NCBI GenBank assembly: GCA_028865305.1
Contig: JAGWKM010000002.1
Coordinates: 3,236-67,235 of the forward strand
Direction: 5' to 3'
Source: Patescibacteria group bacterium
GTDB lineage: Bacteria > Patescibacteriota > Minisyncoccia > UBA6257 > 2-01-FULL-56-20
DNA length: 64,000 bases
In this document: one piece after another, positions 1-6,907 of the stretch
How the letters are laid out: every line of letters begins with the position of its first letter
Numbering within the stretch: position 1 is the stretch's first letter
The notes under the pieces: generated by a model
What the model was told of the DNA's origin: nothing
Database searches by the model: none
Seen by the model: the letters and a program-made list of their open reading frames with translations, nothing else
Position numbers and translations under genes: made by a program

Positions 1-1056
1 AACCCACCAGTCCGGATCCGGGTGGTCCCCCGACGGCTGCCCGCCCCACCCCGGCCAATTCTTCGGCAAGCGGAGATAGGGGCCAAAACAACCTTCGTTG
101 AACTTCGCGATGTCGCCTGCCGGAAAATCCTCCAGCGGAATTACCTGCCCGAATGAGTTTTCACACATCCGGCGCCCGTAATTTATCGCGGTCGCCGGAG
201 GAGGCGATTGGAACGTGGGAAATGGCAAATTTTTCAGGCTTGCCTGCGCCTGCGATCGTCCGCCAAGGCAAATAATGGCCGTAACCACGACGAACGCTAC
301 TTGGAGCAACCTTCTCGTGCCCTTCCCTTTATTAAAGATATTGAGAAGGCCGATACTGATGCTCAAAGCTACGAGCACAACAAGCAGCACGGGATCATTC
401 CGAACCGGAACGACGTAAAGATAGACCCCCATGAGCAGGCTCGCTATGCAAAATAGCGCGACCGGCCATAGGATTTTAGTGATCGAAGGCACGCGAGGCA
501 ATTGCACCGAAGGTTTTATTCTCTTCAACAAAGGCACGCCCGCGACCCCGGACTCGATTACGTGTTCCAGCGCGTTCACGCCGGCCGGAATGAATAACGC
601 CATCGGTTCTGCGGCAATTGCGAACAACGCCACGAACGACGGCGCAAACCCCATGGCCAAGGCAACGGCTGGTCCGTTGAACGATGAGAAGGAAGACCCT
701 CGGAAAGAGACTACGCCGACCATCACCAACGAAACCAACAACGCAAGCGCACCGACGATCCATCCCTGCCTACCGCCAACGCGAACGATGGCGACGAAAG
801 CAAGAATAGCGGACGCTGCCGCGATTGCGATGAGCGTGGTTACGAAAACTATGTTATTCGGAACCACGACTGCAATTGTCCCCGTCGCAGCGGCGCAGAT
901 CATGAGCGTCGGCCAGGTGGTGACCGCCATGATAAAGCGGCGGAGCCAGCGATTTCCGAAATCCCAAACTTCACCGACAAGGTCTTCAACCGAATTGCGG
1001 AGGGCTGCTGAACTCACCAGCAGCCCGGATAGAACGAGCAGCAACAGAAACATCAT
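1..1056 (-). CDS. polytopic membrane protein, partial (C-terminus lies beyond window start)
   Basis: Absent from the ORF track because it is open at nt 1. Manual minus-strand translation from ATGATG at 1056 gives MMFLLLLVLSGLLVSSAALRNSV... with several long hydrophobic stretches. It stays open in frame to nt 1. It starts 12 nt after the stop of 1068..1655. The 431..1279 + ORF is its antisense shadow. Confidence 0.6.
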   Translation of the reverse strand, partial: MMFLLLLVLSGLLVSSAALRNSVEDLVGEVWDFGNRWLRRFIMAVTTWPTLMICAAATGTIAVVVPNNIVFVTTLIAIAAASAILAFVAIVRVGGRQGWIVGALALLVSLVMVGVVSFRGSSFSSFNGPAVALAMGFAPSFVALFAIAAEPMALFIPAGVNALEHVIESGVAGVPLLKRIKPSVQLPRVPSITKILWPVALFCIASLLMGVYLYVVPVRNDPVLLVVLVALSISIGLLNIFNKGKGTRRLLQVAFVVVTAIICLGGRSQAQASLKNLPFPTFQSPPPATAINYGRRMCENSFGQVIPLEDFPAGDIAKFNEGCFGPYLRLPKNWPGWGGQPSGDHPDPDWWV

Positions 1057-1067
1057 TATTCATCTCC

Positions 1068-1655
1068 TTAGTGCCGGCGAAGCCAGCTTGTTATTGAATC
1101 CACAAACGGCGCAAGCGCATCGCCCGCCGATTCGAGTTGTTGTTGCGCTTCCGGCATGTGAGCCCGGACGCTCTCGATCGCCTCGCCGCTTTTGTCCCGC
1201 AGCCATTCAAGTTTCTGCTGCGGACCATTGTCGTCGAGGAGTTCGATCAAAATGTCACCCTCTTCGCTTGGGTCGATAGGACCCGATGGGAGGCATGCGT
1301 TGAGATCTTTGAGAATCTGCCGTCGAACATCCGGCTCCTTCTCGTCGCAGATGAATTCTCCGAGATCCTTGACGCGTTCGGTCTCCTTGTATTTCGCGCG
1401 TGCGATTTTCAGCAAGAAGAGGATGTTTTTCTTCTCATCCCAATTTTTCATGCTGACAAGGGTTTTTGCCAAAAGCCGACGCTTTTCCGGCTGGCTCAAT
1501 TCGCTAATCTTCTTCTCTGCCACCTCGCCAGCTTTATTTGTGAGTTTATCCCAAAGCTTTTTGAAGGCGGCTGTCGCGAGCGGAGCAACCGTCAGATCGA
1601 GTCCGACAGCCGTCGCAATATCTTTTGCCGCAGCTCCCACTTTTCCTTTCGCCAT
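1068..1655 (-). CDS. hypothetical protein (195 aa, charged/helical)
   Basis: ORF track. AAGGAG lies 8 nt upstream of the ATG (rc of 1656-1672). Likely co-transcribed with the downstream membrane protein. No family recognised. Confidence 0.65.
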   Translation of the reverse strand: MAKGKVGAAAKDIATAVGLDLTVAPLATAAFKKLWDKLTNKAGEVAEKKISELSQPEKRRLLAKTLVSMKNWDEKKNILFLLKIARAKYKETERVKDLGEFICDEKEPDVRRQILKDLNACLPSGPIDPSEEGDILIELLDDNGPQQKLEWLRDKSGEAIESVRAHMPEAQQQLESAGDALAPFVDSITSWLRRH

Positions 1656-1773
1656 CGTCTTTTCTCCTTTTCTTCTTTATTCTTTCAGATTTTCAGATAG
1701 TAAAATACCGCTTGCAAATATAGCATGAATTGATAAAATTGTCAAATCGGCGTAGCATGAGGCAAAGACAATG

Positions 1774-1855
1774 GGGCGGGTGGCGGAATCGGCATACGCG
1801 CAGCGCTTAGGACGCTGTCCCGAAAGGGTTGTGGGTTCAAATCCCACCTCGCCCA
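1774..1855 (+). tRNA. tRNA-Leu (anticodon TAG)
   Basis: Cloverleaf by eye. Acceptor GGGCGGG/CTCGCCC (one G-U), D arm GCGG..CGCG, anticodon stem CAGCG/CGCTG with loop CTTAGGA. Long variable arm TCCCGAAAGGGTT, T arm GTGGG-TTCAAAT-CCCAC. CCA not encoded. Confidence 0.9.
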
Positions 1856-1871
1856 CAGATAGCCATTAGCG

Positions 1872-3305
1872 ATGATACCGAAATCTATGGCAAAACAATC
1901 CCGTTCATCGGTCATCGCGTTGGCTATTATTATCGCCGCCGGCCTTGGCCTCCACTTAATCCGCATTTCCTATCCCGCGCGGCCGGTTTTTGATGAAGCT
2001 CACTTTGCGACCTATGCGGCGGACTACGTAAAGGACCATGTTTTCTTTGACATCCATCCGCCGCTCGGAAAGCTGATCTATGCTTCGGCTATTCCGCTTG
2101 CGCTCCGTTTTGAAAACAATGCCCCGCTCGGCGACACCACGTTTGTCGGTTACACGAAAAGCCCGACCGGTACCGTTTATTTCGCGACCGATATTCCCTA
2201 TGGCGCGTTCCCCTATGTTCCGCTCCGGCTCATTTCTGTTTTCTTCGGACTCGCGCTTACGGTTGCTTTTTATTTTTTCCTGCGGAACATCGGCATCGGC
2301 GAAGTCGGCGCGTTGCTCGGCGCATTTTTTGTCACCTTTGAAAACGCAATGCTCCTCGAAACGAAATTGATCCTGCTGAACGGGATGTATCTTGCCTTCG
2401 GCTTCGCGGCATTGGCAATTTGGTTCGAGCATATCCATTTTTCAAAATCATTACCATCTCATTCTCCATCCTCCATTCTCCACGCTCCGATTCTCGCCGG
2501 CTTTCTTTTCGCCCTTTCGCTCGGCGTGAAGCTGGAAGGAATTATTTTCATCGGCCCGGTGTTGATTTCTCTTTTCGAAGGCCGTCTTCGAGGCGAAGAC
2601 GGCCTTCGAGCCCTCAAAAAATTCCTCTTCACCGCACTTCTCGTCTTCGTCGCCATCTCCTTCCTCAATTTCCTTTTCTTCTCACCGGCGCAAATACTCG
2701 CTTTTTCGAAATCCCTCGGCATCAAGTTTCCGGCTCCGACCAATATCCGCGCAACCTATTTCCTCGCCTATGCGATGACGACCGTCGTGCCTTGGACCGG
2801 CTATCTCGTCGGCGGCGCGCAGCTCCAGGGCAGCCTGTGGTATGGCTGGCCCTTCATGCGCGGCGTGATGACATATTATTTTGCCCCCGGGAATGCGGGA
2901 AATCTGGTTTTGCAGGGCAATCCCGTCGTTTGGTACTCAAGCACGCTTGCCGTATTCATTTTTATAGTTACGTTACTCTGGCGCATCGGCCATTGGTTCA
3001 TTGGTCATTCGTTCGATATCAGACATTTGTCATTAGACCTTGCCAAAGCGCCCCTCATTCTCTTCGTAGGTTATTTGAGCGCTTTGGCGCCTTTTTTCAC
3101 CTTCGTGCACCGCGGCGCATTCCTCTACCATTATTTTCCCGCCTACCTCTTCGCCATCGGATTGCTCGCCTATCTGGTTTCACATTGGCTAAAGCTCGAC
3201 GACTTCCACTCGCTCTCAAAAAAACAGGGGCTATATTTGACAGGAATCATTACGTTTGTCGTGGCAGGATTCATTATGACGGCTCCCTTGATTTACGGTT
3301 TATGA
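1872..3305 (+). CDS. PMT-family (GT39-like) phospholipid carrier-dependent glycosyltransferase
   Basis: 477-aa polytopic protein. The N-terminal DEAHFATYA...HPPLGKL motif is typical of dolichyl-phosphate-mannose protein mannosyltransferase-like enzymes. Confidence 0.8.
   Translation: MIPKSMAKQSRSSVIALAIIIAAGLGLHLIRISYPARPVFDEAHFATYAADYVKDHVFFDIHPPLGKLIYASAIPLALRFENNAPLGDTTFVGYTKSPTGTVYFATDIPYGAFPYVPLRLISVFFGLALTVAFYFFLRNIGIGEVGALLGAFFVTFENAMLLETKLILLNGMYLAFGFAALAIWFEHIHFSKSLPSHSPSSILHAPILAGFLFALSLGVKLEGIIFIGPVLISLFEGRLRGEDGLRALKKFLFTALLVFVAISFLNFLFFSPAQILAFSKSLGIKFPAPTNIRATYFLAYAMTTVVPWTGYLVGGAQLQGSLWYGWPFMRGVMTYYFAPGNAGNLVLQGNPVVWYSSTLAVFIFIVTLLWRIGHWFIGHSFDIRHLSLDLAKAPLILFVGYLSALAPFFTFVHRGAFLYHYFPAYLFAIGLLAYLVSHWLKLDDFHSLSKKQGLYLTGIITFVVAGFIMTAPLIYGL
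2454..2495 (-). repeat. heptad (7-bp period) array inside the PMT CDS
   Basis: ccatctc attctcc atcctcc attctcc acgctcc gattctc (complement of TGGAGAA-type units). Encodes PSHSPSSILHAPIL in a loop between hydrophobic segments. Confidence 0.7.
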
Positions 3306-3323
3306 AATCATATTATTTTAGGA

Positions 3324-4382
3324 ATGGGACTCATAGAAAGCTTTGGCTTAAAACGGAAACAGGAAGCGGAGAAGTTTAATCCCTCTACCGAACCGAAAGG
3401 CCCGGCTTTGACCGATATTTTAGGCGATAAGGAAAAATCCCGTTTATTCGGCGCATATCTCGAAGAAGAAGGAGCTGAAGATCTTGCCAGAGAACTGCAC
3501 GAAGGGAAACCGGTTGATTCCGGCTTTATCGCTGAATTAAATAAAAAAAGGACGGAGTTCGTCGAAATCTGCAACCGTGCGGAAACGATTTCCAAAACAC
3601 TGGATCTGAACAGCCTGAATGCAATTATTGAATCTTCTCCGGAATTGAAAGAAATCGCAAATCTCAATAAGGCAGAGGGGATTCGGGATGTCATCCGCCG
3701 CTACCTTCCCGAAATCGCGATACGAGACCGTTCCAGATTCGCCGAAATGGAGCAAAAGATCAACCAACTGGCGGAATCCCAGAAAAAAATCACCGAAAGC
3801 GAAGAAAAAATCAAAAAATTTGTAAAAAAATATGGCATTTCGGAAGAACAGTATTCAAAATTTATTGAAAGCGGCGATGATGAAAAATTAAAAGATTTGA
3901 TTTGGGGCAAGCTGGGCTTTTTTACCAAACTCGGCTGGAATGCGACGAAACGTTTCGACGAAGAACTTTCATCGGCAGTTACCGTTGAAGATATTAATTT
4001 GCTTTTAGCGAATAGAGATACTTCCTTAAAAGAGGTAGGAGGATCGCTTCGAGCAAGTTTGGTCGGCAACGAAACGCTGAACAAAGCTCTAATAGCAAAT
4101 CTGAAGCGGGAAAGCATGGAAAAGCCGGAGGCCGATATGTCTTTCGGCGAATTCGGGAAGGCGCTAAAACCGGAAAAAGAGGCAGTCAAAAAACTGTATG
4201 ATCAATTTAAGCAAGAAAACTTTGCAGATTATCAATCCCAGGGCCTGACCGAGGATGATTTACGTACTGATTTCGTAAAGGGATACGCAAATAAAGTCGC
4301 TACAAAAGGAAAGAAAGGGTTTTGGACAAGCCTTTTCGGCAAATTATTTGCTCCCAAAATTATTGAAGATTTCTTGAAATAA
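3324..4382 (+). CDS. hypothetical K/E-rich coiled-coil protein
   Basis: 352-aa ORF with coding-like composition and no strong antisense competitor. No family recognised. Confidence 0.6.
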   Translation: MGLIESFGLKRKQEAEKFNPSTEPKGPALTDILGDKEKSRLFGAYLEEEGAEDLARELHEGKPVDSGFIAELNKKRTEFVEICNRAETISKTLDLNSLNAIIESSPELKEIANLNKAEGIRDVIRRYLPEIAIRDRSRFAEMEQKINQLAESQKKITESEEKIKKFVKKYGISEEQYSKFIESGDDEKLKDLIWGKLGFFTKLGWNATKRFDEELSSAVTVEDINLLLANRDTSLKEVGGSLRASLVGNETLNKALIANLKRESMEKPEADMSFGEFGKALKPEKEAVKKLYDQFKQENFADYQSQGLTEDDLRTDFVKGYANKVATKGKKGFWTSLFGKLFAPKIIEDFLK

Positions 4383-4383
4383 A

Positions 4384-4677
4384 ATGACAAACATTATTTC
4401 GGACGATCTTTATAAGGATTTCATGGCCATTGTCGACCGAGGAGACGAAAAAGCCGCGCGGGAGTTTTTGGTCTCCCACCTGAAGGAATTCCCGCAGGAA
4501 ACGCAGGACGCGATCATCATGGCATTCGTCGAGGAAGCGCTCGGCAAAAGCGCGGAGGAAACGAAGCTCATCGCGGATTTCCAAAAGCAAGGACTGGCAG
4601 CAATCGACGAGCTCGAAAAATCAAAGCAGGAGTTGGAAGATAAGAAAAAGATGCTGGAGCTGAAGGAAAGCATGTAG
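4384..4677 (+). CDS. hypothetical small acidic protein
   Basis: 97-aa ORF starting 2 nt after the previous stop. Followed by an intrinsic terminator. Confidence 0.55.
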   Translation: MTNIISDDLYKDFMAIVDRGDEKAAREFLVSHLKEFPQETQDAIIMAFVEEALGKSAEETKLIADFQKQGLAAIDELEKSKQELEDKKKMLELKESM

Positions 4678-4682
4678 CAAAC

Positions 4683-4711
4683 AAAAAACTCGGCCTAAGC
4701 CGATTTTTTTG
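4683..4711 (+). terminator. rho-independent terminator
   Basis: A-tract, stem TCGGC/GCCGA with loop CTAA, then T7 run. Confidence 0.7.
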
Positions 4712-4758
4712 TTTGCCATCTACAACCATAAAAGGATTAGATTGGACGACCGTCTAAT

Positions 4759-5652
4759 CTAATCCTTTCGGCGTCTTCCATGAAACGCCTCGTGGACTTC
4801 TTTTAATTCCTTATTAGTGAGATGCGTGTAAATCTGCGTTGTTGAAATATTCGAATGGCCGAGGAGTTCCTGCACGGAGCGGATGTCGGCGCCGTTCACC
4901 AAGAGATCCGTCGCGAAGGAATGGCGCAGTAAATGCGCATGCACGTTTTTCGGGATGCCGGCTTCTTTCGCGCGGCGCGCAACCAACCTTTGCACGGCCC
5001 GCGGCGTAATCTTGCCAATGACTTTGCCCGATTTATCCAGACTCACGAACAATTTTTCTTCAACGTCGGTGCGTTTTTTCAAATAATCTTCGATTGCCTT
5101 TTTTGCCGAATCAGAGAGGAACACGACGCGCAGCTTGTCTCCTTTGCCGCGCACGGAAAGTTCGCCGCGCCGCAGGTCCACGTTGCGCAGCAGGGAACAG
5201 AGTTCCGCCAGGCGCAAGCCGGTCGAAAAGAAGGTTTCGAGGATTGCCCGGTCGCGCAAGTCGCGCATGCCATCCCCTTTCGGCGCCGCGAGCAGGCGCT
5301 CCAAATCGCCGTATTCCAAAACTTCGATCTGCCGCGACGGCGCTTTCGGCAGTTCGATTTTTTCAGCCGCAAGCGATTTGACGTCGCGCTTCGCGAGATA
5401 TTTCAAAAAGTTCCGCAGCGCGATAATGTAATAGCTTTGCGTCAATTTTTTCAGGTCTTTCCGGGCCAGCGCCAGCCGGAATTCGCGGACCACATCGTCC
5501 GTAATATCCGCCGCCGCCTTCACTTTCGAAAATTCCAGGAATTCGCGGAGATAATGCTCGTAATTTTCCCGCGTCTTCGGCGACCGGTTTTTCTCGATTT
5601 CGAGGTAATTCAGGTAGTCGCGAATGAAGTTTTTGATTTCTGTTTCGGCCAT
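4759..5652 (-). CDS. xerC: tyrosine site-specific recombinase, XerC/XerD-like
   Basis: N-terminal SAM-like domain (FIRDYLNYLEIEKNRSPKTRENY). C-terminal catalytic HLLRHSFAT (HxxR) and GHSNISTTQIYTH (Tyr nucleophile). Confidence 0.9.
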   Translation of the reverse strand: MAETEIKNFIRDYLNYLEIEKNRSPKTRENYEHYLREFLEFSKVKAAADITDDVVREFRLALARKDLKKLTQSYYIIALRNFLKYLAKRDVKSLAAEKIELPKAPSRQIEVLEYGDLERLLAAPKGDGMRDLRDRAILETFFSTGLRLAELCSLLRNVDLRRGELSVRGKGDKLRVVFLSDSAKKAIEDYLKKRTDVEEKLFVSLDKSGKVIGKITPRAVQRLVARRAKEAGIPKNVHAHLLRHSFATDLLVNGADIRSVQELLGHSNISTTQIYTHLTNKELKEVHEAFHGRRRKD

Positions 5653-5660
5653 GGGAGGGG

Positions 5661-5775
5661 GAGTAGAATGGAGAATGGAGAATGGAGAATGGAGAATGGA
5701 GAATGGAGAATGGAGAATGGAGAATGGAGAATGGAGAATGGAGAATGGAGAATGGAGAATGGAGAATGGAGATGA
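5661..5775 (+). repeat. perfect tandem heptamer array (AATGGAG)x15 with degenerate flanks
   Basis: Counted from the sequence: 5667-5771 is 105 bp, 15 identical units. Flanked by gagtag and atgaatc partial units. Lies between the divergent xerC-like and rpsO genes. Confidence 0.97.
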
Positions 5776-5825
5776 ATCTTTCTACTTCTTCAGTCTACCA
5801 AAAACCTGTCGCAAAATGCAGCGGC

Positions 5826-5854
5826 TTGCAATAAATCTCAAGCCATGATACAAT
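5826..5854 (+). promoter_or_regulatory. sigma70-like promoter of rpsO (probable leaderless mRNA)
   Basis: TTGCAA-N17-TACAAT with TG two nt upstream of the -10. Only 7 nt separate the -10 from the ATG at 5862. Confidence 0.5.
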
Positions 5855-5861
5855 CAATCCA

Positions 5862-6128
5862 ATGTTAACGAAACGAGTTAAATCGAAAATCGTGGGAGAA
5901 CACCAGAAACACGACAAGGACACCGGCTCCGCCGAGGTCCAGACCGCGATGCTTTCGCGCCAGATCGATGAACTGGCGACCCATCTAAAGAAAAATCCGA
6001 AGGACAACCACTCGCGCCGCGGCCTTTTGAAGATGGTCTCCAAGCGCAGGAAGCTTCTGGCATACCTCCAAAAAAATGATGCGTCGGGCTACAGCAAACT
6101 GATCAAAAAATTAGAATTAAAAAAATAA
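5862..6128 (+). CDS. rpsO: 30S ribosomal protein S15
   Basis: 88 aa. Contains TGSAEVQTAMLSRQIDELATHLKKNPKDNHSRRGLLKMVSKRRKLLAYL, typical of S15. Confidence 0.95.
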   Translation: MLTKRVKSKIVGEHQKHDKDTGSAEVQTAMLSRQIDELATHLKKNPKDNHSRRGLLKMVSKRRKLLAYLQKNDASGYSKLIKKLELKK

Positions 6129-6261
6129 GCCGAAAACGGCGGAATGTTATTGAGCAATTAAGTTAGCACGTTAGCGGACCGGCAAACGGGCACCGGCCCA
6201 TCACTAACCTGTTAACTCAATTTCTTAATAACTCGCTCCCGCTTTTCCGGCTGACTGACCA

Positions 6262-6897
6262 ATGAAAACTTCAGCAAGCTACGCAAACCAGAGAGTCGGC
6301 ATTTTTGTCGACGTCCAAAACCTGTACCACTCCGCGAAGAACCTCTATCGCGGCCGGGTGAATTATGCCGAGCTGATCAAAAACCTTATCGGCGACCGGC
6401 AGCTTATCCGCGCGATGGCGTACGTGGTAAAGAGCGAGGGCGTGGAACCGTATGGCGGAAAGGAACAGGGAACGGGGAGCAGGGAACGGGGAACAAAACT
6501 GCGGCGGAATCCGTTCGGCGGCGATGAACCGAATGAACCGGAAGAATCGAGTAGCAGCCTTTCGACCGAAGCGGCGTTCTTTGAGGCACTCGAAAAGGCG
6601 GGTTTGGAACTGCGCATGAAGGATTTGCAGATTTTCGCCGGCGGCATGAAGAAGGCGGACTGGGACGTTGGCATGGCGGTGGATGCGATCCGCATGTCGG
6701 AATTCCTGGATGTCATCATCCTCGTGACCGGCGACGGCGATTTTCTGCCTCTTATTGACTACTTGAAATGGGGCGCGGGGCGGGTCGTCGAGGTTGCCGC
6801 CTTCCGCCGGAGCGCATCGTCGAAAATCCAGGAAGCGGCGGATAAATTCATCGCCATTGAAGATATTCCGAGGGCGATCATGAAAGGAAGGATTTAA
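6262..6897 (+). CDS. NYN/LabA-like (DUF88) putative RNase domain protein
   Basis: VGIFVDVQNLYHSAK... and ILVTGDGDFLPLIDYLK motifs of the LabA/NYN family. Carries an internal low-complexity insert. Confidence 0.8.
   Translation: MKTSASYANQRVGIFVDVQNLYHSAKNLYRGRVNYAELIKNLIGDRQLIRAMAYVVKSEGVEPYGGKEQGTGSRERGTKLRRNPFGGDEPNEPEESSSSLSTEAAFFEALEKAGLELRMKDLQIFAGGMKKADWDVGMAVDAIRMSEFLDVIILVTGDGDFLPLIDYLKWGAGRVVEVAAFRRSASSKIQEAADKFIAIEDIPRAIMKGRI
6462..6496 (+). repeat. heptad array inside the NYN CDS
   Basis: ggaacag ggaacgg ggagcag ggaacgg ggaacaa. Encodes part of GKEQGTGSRERGTK. Confidence 0.75.
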
Positions 6898-6907
6898 AAA
6901 AAAAAAC

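Noticed and set aside
431-1279. 282-aa + strand ORF rich in A/T/P/S/R
   Set aside because: It has low-complexity composition and no start signals. It lies exactly antisense to a convincing hydrophobic membrane-protein frame on the minus strand (1..1056) and to part of 1068..1655, so it is a shadow ORF.
5661-5775. CRISPR array interpretation of the heptamer tracts and of the E1/E2 boxes
   Set aside because: The units are 7 bp with no spacers. The E-module boxes are 17 bp, occur in both orientations and flank ORFs. There are no cas genes and no repeat-spacer periodicity.
4933-5848. ORFs 4933..5775 (+) and 5624..5848 (+) ending in or containing (ENGEWRM)n
   Set aside because: The repetitive peptide is simply the three-frame translation of the (AATGGAG)15 tract. 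The first ORF is antisense to the XerC/D-like gene. No independent coding evidence exists.
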